From an uncultured Eubacteriales bacterium (lineage in GTDB: Bacteria; Acidobacteriota; Aminicenantia; Aminicenantales; Saccharicenantaceae), in contig CAZFBC010000005.1 of the NCBI GenBank assembly GCA_964517245.1, positions 1 through 32,126 of the forward strand: a DNA stretch of 32,126 bases, given 5' to 3'. Each line of letters begins with the position of its first letter. Within the stretch, counting starts at the first letter, position 1. The notes under the pieces are model-generated. The model was not told the origin of the DNA. It saw nothing but the letters and a program-made list of their open reading frames with translations, and did no database searches. The position numbers and the translations under genes are program-made. Of this stretch, positions 24,146 through 32,126 are shown piece by piece.

Positions 24146-25897
24146 TCAGACATCCTCCGGGAAGCCGATCATGGCCGGCTCCGGCTCGTCCTCATAGATG
24201 AGGGGATTGCTCCTGAGATAGCGGACGTTGCGGCTCCACAGGAAAGCCCAGAGGGCGGCTGAAACCGGGAGAAAAGCCCAGAACCCCCCGGGATGAGCCA
24301 GCAGCGACTTTTCCAGACCGGAGAGCGCGCTCAAGAGCGCCAGAAGACCGACGAGATAGAGGACGCCCCGGGTCTGGAGCCGGAGCCGGCCCGGCACATG
24401 GGTGCTGGCGAAGGGGATCTTGCGGAAACGGTGGAAGAAGGCCTCGGTCCCCGGGCCCGCGAGGGCCGCGCAGAAGACCGTGTGGAGCAGGGCCGCGCGC
24501 CCGTCCTTCCAGAGCCAGAGATGGGCGAGGAAGATCAAGGCCAAGAACGGGAGCACCCACCGGCCGAGGATCGTCTTCTTGAGCCCGGCCACGTAGCGGT
24601 GCCTCTCCGCCGATTCCGTGACCCTGAAGATCCAGTTGCTCTCGAGCGCGGCCGGCACGTCGACGACGACCCGAAGCGCCGCCAGGAGGACGAAGGCCAG
24701 CAGGAGCGATTGGGCCAGGAAGAACGCGTTGCCGGGGCTCAGGGCCTGCGGCCCGCGCCGGATGGCGACGATCGCCAGGCTCGCCGTCGCGGCCCCGACG
24801 GCCAGGCCGTTGACGAGAACGGTCCGGTGCTTGGCGCTCGAGCGGATCGTTCTCGAGAAGAACAAGCCCACCGCCCGTTCCTCGGGCGTTCGAAGGAAGG
24901 CCTTTTGAACGAAGCCCGCGGCACGCTCCCGCAGCCGACCCGGCCGTCGCCCGCCTTTCGCCGATTCCAGCGTCCTGCGGAAATGCCTGACATAGCTCAG
25001 GCCGCACGCCAGGACGAAGGCGACCAATGAAAGGCCGAGGGCCCGTCCGGCCGTCCGGGCCAGCGCGGCGAACACGGGGTCCGACGTCCCCAGGAGGACC
25101 TCGTAGAGGCCGACGAACCACATGGAGGGTAGGCGGAAGAGGAGGGGCGAGCCGTGGTCCTTGAGCCGGGCCAGGGAGCGGACGACTCCGCTCAGGCTCC
25201 CGGGCTCGACCAGGGCCGTCATGAGCAGGAAGACGAAGAGGCCGATCAGGACGAACCGCACGAGCAGGGAGACGCGGCGGTAGAACGCCGCCGGCAGCGC
25301 GGCCATGAGGAGGACGTTGACGAAGACGCAGGCGAAGAAGACGCAGAAGCAGGCCGCGAAGGCGCTGACGAGATGGGCCAGGACGTGCCAGGCCAGGAAG
25401 GCCACGCTGTTCGAGCGCCACTGGGCCAGGAAGAGGGCGAACGCGACCGACGAGAGGCTGTTCATGGCCGCCGAAAAGAGGCCGATGAAGGCGACGAAGG
25501 AGGCCAGCTTGGCGCCGAAGACCGTCCTCATCCGCACGGGCAGGGGCGTGAGGTTGACGAAGTCCCGGCGGTCGGGGAACAGCACCTCCCATTCGAGGAG
25601 CGTGACGATGCCGAAGAGGATCATGACCAAAATGAAGACGTAGTTCTTCTCCTGCCAGGAGATGTTGGCGTCGGGCGAGAACTCGTACTTGAAGAAGACC
25701 AGGAACTGGGAGCTCCACCCGACGACGGCCGCCAGGATGGACAGGACCGCGATCAGCCGGGCCTTCATCTGATCCTCGAAGTCGACGATGTCGTTCCGGA
25801 AGAGGCGCGCGAAGAAGTGCTTCGTCAGGATGACGAGCTGGACGAATTCCTCCCCGAGGTCCCGGAGGCGGACCGAAGCGAAGGCCGCGGCCGTCAA
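24146..25897 (-). CDS. Large polytopic membrane protein, putative ABC exporter permease
   Basis: 583 aa with many long hydrophobic segments (at least 10 by eye). The TTG start at 25897 overlaps the ATPase stop as TTGA. The exact start is uncertain, and an internal Met (MKARLIAVL) is possible. Confidence 0.7.
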   Translation of the reverse strand: MTAAAFASVRLRDLGEEFVQLVILTKHFFARLFRNDIVDFEDQMKARLIAVLSILAAVVGWSSQFLVFFKYEFSPDANISWQEKNYVFILVMILFGIVTLLEWEVLFPDRRDFVNLTPLPVRMRTVFGAKLASFVAFIGLFSAAMNSLSSVAFALFLAQWRSNSVAFLAWHVLAHLVSAFAACFCVFFACVFVNVLLMAALPAAFYRRVSLLVRFVLIGLFVFLLMTALVEPGSLSGVVRSLARLKDHGSPLLFRLPSMWFVGLYEVLLGTSDPVFAALARTAGRALGLSLVAFVLACGLSYVRHFRRTLESAKGGRRPGRLRERAAGFVQKAFLRTPEERAVGLFFSRTIRSSAKHRTVLVNGLAVGAATASLAIVAIRRGPQALSPGNAFFLAQSLLLAFVLLAALRVVVDVPAALESNWIFRVTESAERHRYVAGLKKTILGRWVLPFLALIFLAHLWLWKDGRAALLHTVFCAALAGPGTEAFFHRFRKIPFASTHVPGRLRLQTRGVLYLVGLLALLSALSGLEKSLLAHPGGFWAFLPVSAALWAFLWSRNVRYLRSNPLIYEDEPEPAMIGFPEDV

Positions 25898-26664
25898 TCG
25901 CTCCTCTTCATCGCCCGGACGATCCGCTCGGCGGCCAGGGCCGTATCTTCGTGGACGACCAGCTGACTGAAGATCTCGGTCAGGGACGGCAGGTGCATGA
26001 GGGCCCGCAGGTTCTCGACGGAGTCGTCGGCCACGACGTTGCCCCGGTGGAGGATGATGACCCGCGAGCAGACCTGCTCGGTGACCTCGAGGACGTGGGA
26101 GGAATAGATGATGGCCTTGTTCTCCGCGGCCAGCCTCTTGATGAGGTCCCGGATGACCAGGCCCGTCGTCACGTCCAGGCCGGAGAGGGGCTCGTCGAGG
26201 AGGAGGACGTCGGGATCGTGGAGCAGAGCCGAAGCGATCAGGACCTTCTGACGCATGCCCTTCGAATACGTCGCCAAGGGGCTGTCCATGTCGTGACGGA
26301 GGCCGAAGATGTCCATGAACTCGGCGATCTTGGCCTTGAGGTGCCGCTCGGGCAGGCGTCGCAGCCGCCCGACCATGGTCAGGTAGTCGACGGCGCTGAG
26401 GTGCGGGTAGATCTCCGATTGTTCGGGGACGTAACCCAGGCGTTTCTTGAACGCGTGGATGTCGTCCCGGACGTCGCGCCCTTCGAAGAAGATCTTCCCC
26501 CTGGTGGGCTCGAGCAGGCCCGCCAGCATCCGGATGGTCGTGGTCTTGCCCGCGCCGTTGGGCCCCAGGTAGCCCAGGACCTCGCCGGGCCGGACGGCGA
26601 AGCTGACATTGTTGACGACCGTGAAGATCGAGAATTTCTTGGACACGCTCCGGAGCTCGATCAT
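25894..26664 (-). CDS. ABC transporter ATP-binding protein
   Basis: 256 aa. Walker A GPNGAGKTT, Q-loop, signature YSKGMRQK, Walker B LLLDEPLSGLD and H-loop SSHVL. Confidence 0.92.
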   Translation of the reverse strand: MIELRSVSKKFSIFTVVNNVSFAVRPGEVLGYLGPNGAGKTTTIRMLAGLLEPTRGKIFFEGRDVRDDIHAFKKRLGYVPEQSEIYPHLSAVDYLTMVGRLRRLPERHLKAKIAEFMDIFGLRHDMDSPLATYSKGMRQKVLIASALLHDPDVLLLDEPLSGLDVTTGLVIRDLIKRLAAENKAIIYSSHVLEVTEQVCSRVIILHRGNVVADDSVENLRALMHLPSLTEIFSQLVVHEDTALAAERIVRAMKRSD

Positions 26665-26685
26665 GATAGGGCCCTTTCGTCCCTA

Positions 26686-26714
26686 AGGATACCCTCCTCC
26701 GCCGCGGTATTCAA
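26686..26714 (-). promoter_or_regulatory. Candidate promoter for the ABC operon: TTGAAT - 17 nt - TATCCT
   Basis: Minus-strand reading. The -35 is at 26714-26709 and the -10 at 26691-26686. It sits back to back with the pfk promoter, with the two -35 boxes 11 bp apart. Confidence 0.35.
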
Positions 26715-26725
26715 GCCGGGCGCGC

Positions 26726-26754
26726 TTGAAATGCCGAAGGGCCGCGGGTATAAT
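26726..26754 (+). promoter_or_regulatory. Sigma70-like promoter for pfk: TTGAAA - 17 nt - TATAAT
   Basis: AT-rich island in a GC-rich spacer. The -35 is TTGAAA at 26726-26731. The -10 is a perfect TATAAT at 26749-26754, 47 nt upstream of the ATG. Confidence 0.55.
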
Positions 26755-26801
26755 CTGCGGCGAATCGAGGGCGGGGACGCTCGCGCCGAACGGAGGTTTT
26801 C

Positions 26802-27830
26802 ATGAGAGTCGGGATCCTGACCGGCGGGGGCGATTGCCCGGGGCTCAACGCCGCCATCCGGGCCGTGACCCGGAAGGGCATCGTCCACTACAACTACGAC
26901 ATCCTGGGCATTAAGAACGGCTGGCTCGGGCTCATCGAGGGCCGCATCTTCCCGCTCGACTTGAACGCCATCTCGGGCATCCTGCCGCGGGGCGGAACGA
27001 TCCTCGGCACGACCCGGACCAACCCGTTCAAGGTCGAGGACGGGGTGGGCAAGATCTTCTCCCAGGTCGAGAAGTTCGAGCTCGACGCCGTCATCGCCAT
27101 CGGCGGCGAGGACACCCTGGGCGTCGCTAAAAAGCTCTACGACAAGGGCCTGCGCTGCGTCGGCATCCCCAAGACGATCGACAACGACCTGGCCGGGACC
27201 GACTACACGTTCGGCTTCGACACCGCCGTGTCGGTCGTGGCCGAAGCCCTCGACAGGCTGCACACGACCGCGGAGGCCCACCACCGCGTCATGGTCGTCG
27301 AGGTCATGGGCCGCCACGCCGGGTGGATCGCCGTCGAGGGCGGGCTGGCGGGCGGGGCCGACATCATCCTCATCCCCGAGTTCCCGTTCGACATGGACGA
27401 GATCTGCGCCCAGATCCAGAAGCGGCGGGAGCGGGGCAAGATGTTCAGCATCGTCGTCGTGGCCGAGGGGGCCAGGCCCAAGGACGCCAGCCTGATCGTC
27501 CAGTCGGGGGAGAAGGATTCCTTCGGGCACGTTCGCCTCGGCGGCATCGGCAACACGCTCGCCCGGGAGATCGAGATGCGCACGGCCATCGACACGCGCG
27601 TCACGGTCCTCGGTCACACCCAGCGGGGCGGCTCGCCGACGGCCTTCGACAGGGTCCTGGCCACCCGTTTCGGCGTGGCGGCGATCGAGCTCGTCCACGA
27701 GGAGAAGTTCGGCTTCATGGTCGGCCTCCAGGGCAACCGGATCGTCCCGGTCCCGTTCGAGGTGGCGCTGGCCGAGCCCAAGACCGTCGACGCCGAGCTC
27801 TACGAGATCGCCAAGGTCTTTTTCGGCTAG
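26802..27830 (+). CDS. pfk: 6-phosphofructokinase with PPi-type signature residues
   Basis: 342 aa. MRVGILTGGGDCPGLNAAIR, IGGEDTLG, PKTIDNDL, MGRHAGW and LGHTQRGG. SD GGAGG 5 nt upstream. A consensus-like promoter lies upstream. Confidence 0.92.
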   Translation: MRVGILTGGGDCPGLNAAIRAVTRKGIVHYNYDILGIKNGWLGLIEGRIFPLDLNAISGILPRGGTILGTTRTNPFKVEDGVGKIFSQVEKFELDAVIAIGGEDTLGVAKKLYDKGLRCVGIPKTIDNDLAGTDYTFGFDTAVSVVAEALDRLHTTAEAHHRVMVVEVMGRHAGWIAVEGGLAGGADIILIPEFPFDMDEICAQIQKRRERGKMFSIVVVAEGARPKDASLIVQSGEKDSFGHVRLGGIGNTLAREIEMRTAIDTRVTVLGHTQRGGSPTAFDRVLATRFGVAAIELVHEEKFGFMVGLQGNRIVPVPFEVALAEPKTVDAELYEIAKVFFG

Positions 27831-27885
27831 GCCTTCGTCCGTTCCGAAAGGATTGATCTTAAACGAGTTGGGGGACGGATGGGGA

Positions 27886-27915
27886 TTGACATCCGCCCTT
27901 CCGGCGTGTTAACCT
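27886..27915 (+). promoter_or_regulatory. Candidate promoter for the OMP gene: TTGACA - 18 nt (TGt) - TAACCT
   Basis: Perfect -35 at 27886-27891. Weak -10 with an upstream TG. Confidence 0.3.
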
Positions 27916-27941
27916 TGCCGGCGCCAGGAGGCGCCAAGACC

Positions 27942-28796
27942 ATGACAAGGAAGCTCACTCCTCTTTTCGCCTTTTTTCTGACCGTCGCGGCCGCGTCCCC
28001 CGCCCTCGGGGGGGACCTGCGCTTCGAGCTCGGCTTCGGCTGGACCCTGGTCGGGCCGACCATGAACGCGACCTACGTCAATCAGTACCAGCCGTCCCTC
28101 ACGCCGCCCGACCGCTACATCGCCAGCTTCGCCGACCAGACGGTCCGCTTCAGGGGCCGGGCGGCCCTGGGCATGAACGGGTTCTTCAACGTCCTGTTCA
28201 CGGAGAGCGTCGGGATCCAGGTCCTCGCCGACTACCACCGTCCGGGCCTGGGGGGGGCGAACTCGCCCTACGACGTCCAGCTGCAGTTCCTCGCCTTCGA
28301 GCCCGAGACCTACACGAACTCCATCGACTGGCCGGACTCGGCCGGGAACCTGACCGAGACGGTCTTCAGCCTGAACGCCCTGGCCCGCTTCCCCGTCGCC
28401 GAGAAGCTCGCCCTCCTCGTGTCGGCCGGCCCGAGCGTCTTTCACTTCGAGGGCAAGGCCGGCTACATCGGCTACACGTTCTTCGAGCTCGACTTCGTGG
28501 ACGGCCAGTACCTCCTGAGCGGCGGCACCTACAGGATGATCGTCGACTTCGGGCCGCAGACCAGGTACGGCGTCAACGCAGGCGTCGAGCTGGCCTACCA
28601 GGCCTTCCGGAACGTCCTCCTGGGCTTCGACCTGCGCTATTACGGCGGCCCGAAGACGCCCCTCCAGATGCACGTCGTCGAGGACGAGGTCATCGCCGTG
28701 CCCCTCGAGGAGATCGAGGCGGCCATCGGGCTGGGGACCCTGCGGGTCGACCCGTCCTTCTTCCGGGCCGGGCTGGCCCTGCGCTTCGTCTTCTGA
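27942..28796 (+). CDS. Outer-membrane beta-barrel protein (unknown family)
   Basis: 284 aa from the ATG at 27942 (SD AGGAGG). Signal peptide LFAFFLTVAAASPALG. Alternating hydrophobic beta-strand pattern throughout. C-terminal beta-signal-like LALRFVF ending in Phe. Confidence 0.65.
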   Translation: MTRKLTPLFAFFLTVAAASPALGGDLRFELGFGWTLVGPTMNATYVNQYQPSLTPPDRYIASFADQTVRFRGRAALGMNGFFNVLFTESVGIQVLADYHRPGLGGANSPYDVQLQFLAFEPETYTNSIDWPDSAGNLTETVFSLNALARFPVAEKLALLVSAGPSVFHFEGKAGYIGYTFFELDFVDGQYLLSGGTYRMIVDFGPQTRYGVNAGVELAYQAFRNVLLGFDLRYYGGPKTPLQMHVVEDEVIAVPLEEIEAAIGLGTLRVDPSFFRAGLALRFVF

Positions 28797-28802
28797 GCCG
28801 TC

Positions 28803-31037
28803 TCAGATCCTGGCCCGCCTGAGCCTCAGGGAGTTGGCGACCACCGAGACCGAGCTCATGGCCATGGCCGCCGAGGCGATCATGGGATTCAGCAGCACTC
28901 CCAGGAACGGATAGAGGACCCCCGCGGCGACCGGGATGCCGACGACGTTGTAAACGAACGCCCAGAAGAGGTTCTGCCGGATCGTCCGGATGGTCCTCCG
29001 GCTGAGCGCGACAGCCGAGACGAACGCCCCCAGGTCGTCCGAGATGAGGGTGATGTCCGCCGAGGCCATGGCCACGTCGGTCCCCGTCCCCAGGGCCACG
29101 CCGACGTCGGCTTGGGCCAGGGCCGGCGCGTCGTTGATCCCGTCGCCGACCACGGCCACCCGCCTCCCCTCCTCCTGGAGCCGGCGGACGGCCTCGGCCT
29201 TGTCCCCCGGCAGGACCTCGGCGACGACTTCGTCGATGCCGGCCTCGGCGGCGACCGAGCGTGCGGTCCGGGCGTTGTCGCCCGTAAGCATCATCACCCT
29301 CAGCCCCGACCTCCTCAGCTTTTCGACGGCCGCCCGGGCGCCCGGCTTGAGCGTGTCGGCCAGGCCCAGGAGGCCGACGAGCCGGCCGTCCGCGGCGACG
29401 AAGGCCGTCGTCCTGCCCGCGCCGGTCAGCTCCTCGGCCGCCGCCCGCAGAGGCGAGACGTCGACGCCGGCGGCCTCGAGGAGCCGGGCGCTGCCGACGA
29501 GGACCCGTTCGCCGCCGACCGCGGCCTCGACCCCCATGCCCTCGAGCGCCCGGAACCCGTCCACGGCCCCGACGGCGACCCCGTCGGCCCGGGCCCGGCG
29601 GACGACGGCCTGGCCGAGCGGATGCTCGGAGCCGTTCTCGACCGAAGCGGCCAGGGCCAGGAGCCGGCCGGCGGCCACGCCCGGCGCGGGCAGGACCTCG
29701 GTCGCCTCGGGCCGGCCGCTCGTCAGCGTCCCCGTCTTGTCGAAGACCACGGTGTCCACGCGGTGGAGGGTCTCCAGGCTCTCGCCGCTCTTGATCAGGA
29801 TCCCCCGCTCGGCCCCCCGGCCGGTCCCCACCATGATGGCCGTGGGCGTCGCCAGGCCCAGGGCGCAGGGGCAGGCGATGATCAGCACGGCCACGAAATT
29901 GAGGAGGGCGAAGACGAGCCGCGGCTCGGGGCCGAAGGCCGCCCAGACGGCGAAGGTCAGGACGGCGATGGCGATGACGGCGGGCACGAACCTGGCGGCG
30001 ATGGCGTCGGCCAGCCGCTGGATGGGCGCCTTGGAGCCCTGGGCCTCCTCGACCAGGCGGATGATCTTGGCCAGGGCGGTGTCCTCCCCGACCCGGACGG
30101 CGCGGAAGCGGAAGCTGCCCCACTTGTTGAGCGTCGCGCCCGTGACGTCCGAGCCCGGCCCCTTCTCCGCGGGCAGGCTCTCCCCGGTGATCATGGACTC
30201 GTCGACCGCGGACCGCCCTTCGAGGACGACGCCGTCGACCGGGACCGTCTCGCCGGGCCGGACGACGAGGACGTCGCCGGCGCGGACCGCCTCGACGGGG
30301 ACCTCGCGCTCGCCCTCCCCGTCGACGACACGGGCCGTGCGGGGCCGAAGCCCCATCAGCCGGCGGATGGCGTCGGAGGTCCGGCCCTTGGCCCCGGCCT
30401 CGAGCATGCGGCCGAACAGGATGAGGACGATGATGACCGCCGAAGTGTCGAAATAGACCGCTGGCTCGACCCCGGCCCGGCGGAAGAATCCGGGGAGCAC
30501 GGTCGCCGCCGCGCTGTAGAGGTAGGCGGCCGAAGTGCCCACGGCGACGAGCGTGTTCATGTCGGCGGAGCGGCGCCGCAGGGCGCTCCAGGCTCCCCGG
30601 TAGAAGCGCAGGCCGAGGAGGAACTGGACGGGCGTGGCCAGGGCCCAGAGGACGCGATGATCCTGCAGAAAGGCCGGGGCCCAGGGGAACCAGTGCCGCA
30701 TGCTCCCGAGGAAGATGAGCAGGGCCAGGGCCCCTCCCCCGGCGACCGACCTCCGGAGCGACGCGAGCTCCCGGCCGGCCTTCGCCCCCTGCTCCTCGGG
30801 CGACGCGGCCACGCCGTAGCCGGCGCCGCGGACGGCCTCGGCGAGGCCGGCCGTATCGACGAGGCGGGGGTCGAAGAGCACCGTGGCCCGCGCGGTCGCC
30901 AGGTTGACGCTGGCCTCGCTGACGCCGTCGAGCTCCCTGAGGGCCCGCTCGAGGTTCGCCGCGCAGCCGGCGCAGCTCATCCCGGTGACGGCGAGGTCGG
31001 TCCTGGCGACGGACGGTCCGTCACGTTCCGGAGCCAT
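28803..31037 (-). CDS. copA: Copper-translocating P1B-type ATPase
   Basis: 744 aa. N-terminal HMA domain [17 protein letters not shown] motif [19 protein letters not shown] and [10 protein letters not shown]. Confidence 0.93.
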   Translation of the reverse strand: MAPERDGPSVARTDLAVTGMSCAGCAANLERALRELDGVSEASVNLATARATVLFDPRLVDTAGLAEAVRGAGYGVAASPEEQGAKAGRELASLRRSVAGGGALALLIFLGSMRHWFPWAPAFLQDHRVLWALATPVQFLLGLRFYRGAWSALRRRSADMNTLVAVGTSAAYLYSAAATVLPGFFRRAGVEPAVYFDTSAVIIVLILFGRMLEAGAKGRTSDAIRRLMGLRPRTARVVDGEGEREVPVEAVRAGDVLVVRPGETVPVDGVVLEGRSAVDESMITGESLPAEKGPGSDVTGATLNKWGSFRFRAVRVGEDTALAKIIRLVEEAQGSKAPIQRLADAIAARFVPAVIAIAVLTFAVWAAFGPEPRLVFALLNFVAVLIIACPCALGLATPTAIMVGTGRGAERGILIKSGESLETLHRVDTVVFDKTGTLTSGRPEATEVLPAPGVAAGRLLALAASVENGSEHPLGQAVVRRARADGVAVGAVDGFRALEGMGVEAAVGGERVLVGSARLLEAAGVDVSPLRAAAEELTGAGRTTAFVAADGRLVGLLGLADTLKPGARAAVEKLRRSGLRVMMLTGDNARTARSVAAEAGIDEVVAEVLPGDKAEAVRRLQEEGRRVAVVGDGINDAPALAQADVGVALGTGTDVAMASADITLISDDLGAFVSAVALSRRTIRTIRQNLFWAFVYNVVGIPVAAGVLYPFLGVLLNPMIASAAMAMSSVSVVANSLRLRRARI

Positions 31038-31038
31038 G

Positions 31039-31266
31039 TCAGATCGAGCAGGTCTCGTCCTTCTCCCCCTTGCCTTTCGTCGACAGGCCGAGCGGCACGT
31101 AGGCCGGGCAGAAGCCGACGAAGGTCGTGATGACGAAGATCGCGGCGAGGATGGCCAGGACGATGGCCAGGGTGCCCTTGGCCACGCCCGCGATCAGGAG
31201 AACGGCGAACAAGGCGGCCAGGACGAGCCTGACCCTCCTGTCCCAACGGCCCATGTTCTGCTTCAT
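31039..31266 (-). CDS. DUF2892 (YgaP C-terminal-like) small membrane protein
   Basis: 75 aa from the ATG at 31266 (SD AAGGAGG). [11 protein letters not shown] ... two TM helices ... [12 protein letters not shown] is the DUF2892 pattern. The stop is 1 nt before the copA ATG. Confidence 0.75.
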   Translation of the reverse strand: MKQNMGRWDRRVRLVLAALFAVLLIAGVAKGTLAIVLAILAAIFVITTFVGFCPAYVPLGLSTKGKGEKDETCSI

Positions 31267-31290
31267 GCGAACCTCCTTCTCTCTCCCCCC

Positions 31291-31319
31291 ATGATAGCCT
31301 TTTTCCGACGGGAGCACAA
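31291..31319 (-). promoter_or_regulatory. Candidate promoter for DUF2892-copA: TTGTGC - 17 nt - TATCAT
   Basis: Minus-strand reading. The -10 is at 31296-31291, 24 nt upstream of the ATG at 31266, with AAGGAGG in the leader. The spacer contains the left arm of the palindrome listed below. Confidence 0.35.
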
Positions 31320-31353
31320 TCCCTACTCGAACGGTAGGGTATCGTCCCGTCGG
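31305..31353. promoter_or_regulatory. Nested inverted repeat, candidate operator between the copA-operon and yebC promoters
   Basis: Outer arms CCGACGGGA (31305-31313) and TCCCGTCGG (31345-31353) form a 9-bp perfect match. Inner arms CCCTAC (31321-31326) and GTAGGG (31334-31339) form a 6-bp perfect match around a 7-nt centre. Confidence 0.4.
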
Positions 31354-31382
31354 TTGCGCCGGCCTCCCGTTTATGCTAACAT
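31354..31382 (+). promoter_or_regulatory. Candidate promoter for yebC: TTGCGC - 17 nt (TGc) - TAACAT
   Basis: Hexamers at 31354-31359 and 31377-31382. The -10 lies 30 nt upstream of the ATG. Confidence 0.3.
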
Positions 31383-31412
31383 TCGGGCGCTCGAACCGAT
31401 AAGGAGACGACC

Positions 31413-32126
31413 ATGTCCGGACATTCCAAGTGGGCCTCGATCAAGCATAAAAAGGCCGCGACCGACGCCAAGCGCGGCAAGATCTTCACCCGCCTCATCC
31501 GCGAGATCAGCCTGGCCGCCCGGGCCGGCGGCGGGGACCCCGACAAGAACGCCTCCCTGCGCAAGGCCATCAACGACGCCAAGGCCGCCAACATGCCCGC
31601 CGACAACGTCAAGCGGGCCATCATGAAGGGCACGGGCCAGCTCGAGGGCATGACCTACGAGGAGGTCGCCTACGAGGGCTACGGGCCCGGCGGCGTCGCC
31701 ATCTTCCTCCAGGCCGTCACCGACAACAAGAACCGGACGGTCTCCGAGATCCGCCACATCTTCATGAAGAACGCCGGCCAGCTGAGCGAGAAGGGCTCGG
31801 TGGCCTGGATGTTCAAGCGCATGGGCTACATCGACGTCGAGAAGGCCAAGGCGTCCGAGGACATCCTCATGGACATCGCCCTGACCGCCGGCGCCGACGA
31901 CCTCAAGGACGAGGGCTCCCTGTTCGAGGTCACGACGTCGCCCGAGAAGTTCGAGGCCGTCCTCGAAGCCGTCAAGAAGGCCGAGATCGAGATCGCGGCC
32001 TCCGAGGTCGGGTTCCTGCCCCAGAACTACGTCAAGGTCGAGGGCAAGGAGGCCCAGCAGGTCCTGCGGCTCGTCGAGGAGCTCGAGGACCACGACGACG
32101 TCCAGTCCGTCTCCTCCAACTTCGAC
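31413..32126 (+). CDS. yebC: YebC/PmpR (TACO1) family transcriptional/translational regulator, 3' end truncated by the window edge
   Basis: Absent from the ORF track because there is no stop before the window end. I translated it by hand: MSGHSKWASIKHKKAATDAKRGKIFTRLIREI ... YEGYGPGGVAIF ... HDDVQSVSSNFD. SD AAGGAG 6 nt upstream. The frame is open for 238 codons to base 32126. Confidence 0.92.
   Translation, partial: MSGHSKWASIKHKKAATDAKRGKIFTRLIREISLAARAGGGDPDKNASLRKAINDAKAANMPADNVKRAIMKGTGQLEGMTYEEVAYEGYGPGGVAIFLQAVTDNKNRTVSEIRHIFMKNAGQLSEKGSVAWMFKRMGYIDVEKAKASEDILMDIALTAGADDLKDEGSLFEVTTSPEKFEAVLEAVKKAEIEIAASEVGFLPQNYVKVEGKEAQQVLRLVEELEDHDDVQSVSSNFD

Noticed and set aside
23167-24197. Two alternative ORFs (23167..24153 minus, 23430..24197 plus) overlapping the lipoprotein gene.
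   Set aside because: Both are Arg/Pro/Gly-biased. The 23448..24143 frame has a signal peptide with a lipobox, balanced composition and operon-consistent spacing.
24192-25718. 508-aa alternative frame inside the permease gene.
   Set aside because: It is Pro/Arg/Gly-rich with no hydrophobic segments. The 24146..25897 frame encodes coherent TM helices and is coupled to the ATPase stop.
31371-32093. 240-aa minus-strand ORF at the right edge.
   Set aside because: It is antisense to an unmistakable YebC-family gene on the plus strand that the ORF track missed for lack of a stop. Its translation is Leu/Gly/Asp/Val shadow sequence.
1-32126. Search for tRNA, rRNA, CRISPR repeats, IS elements, integrases, and prophage or toxin-antitoxin pairs.
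   Set aside because: No intergenic gap exceeds 217 bp. There are no direct-repeat arrays, no transposase, recombinase or phage-like ORFs, and no small paired ORFs. I cannot support any such feature by eye.

Overview
Dense, very GC-rich (about 70% by eye) chromosomal segment from what looks like a diderm bacterium with an anaerobic, ferredoxin- and possibly PPi-based metabolism. I call 29 protein-coding genes, two of them cut by the window edges. Intergenic spacers are only 0-217 bp. I found no rRNA, tRNA, CRISPR array, transposase, integrase or long repeat. Most long ORFs in the six-frame track are GC-shadow ORFs, either antisense or frame-shifted relative to the real genes. Five of them (7099..10173, 10813..12039, 13840..16203, 16244..19168, 21375..22901) are real genes with false N-terminal extensions, which I trimmed to internal starts that have Shine-Dalgarno sites or 4-nt start/stop overlaps. 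One real gene, yebC at 31413..32126, is missing from the track because it runs off the window end. Content is mostly housekeeping: PDRP/PpsR, transketolase, dGTPase-like HD hydrolase, YggS, RmuC, FolD, a PFK with PPi-type signature residues, CopA and YebC. There is also an iorA-iorB-ACD aromatic 2-oxoacid fermentation operon with a divergent Cys-rich Rrf2 regulator. No known defence, toxin-antitoxin or mobile system is visible. The best candidates for something undescribed are: (1) a divergently transcribed envelope module at 12934-16227, made of an octaheme c-type cytochrome lipoprotein opposite a secreted unknown protein and a Tat-exported DUF362 protein; (2) an ABC ATPase, 583-aa polytopic permease and orphan lipoprotein operon at 23448-26664; (3) a DUF2892 membrane protein coupled to copA behind a nested palindrome at 31039-31353. 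All three are inferences from sequence motifs and gene order only, and all need database and structural checks.
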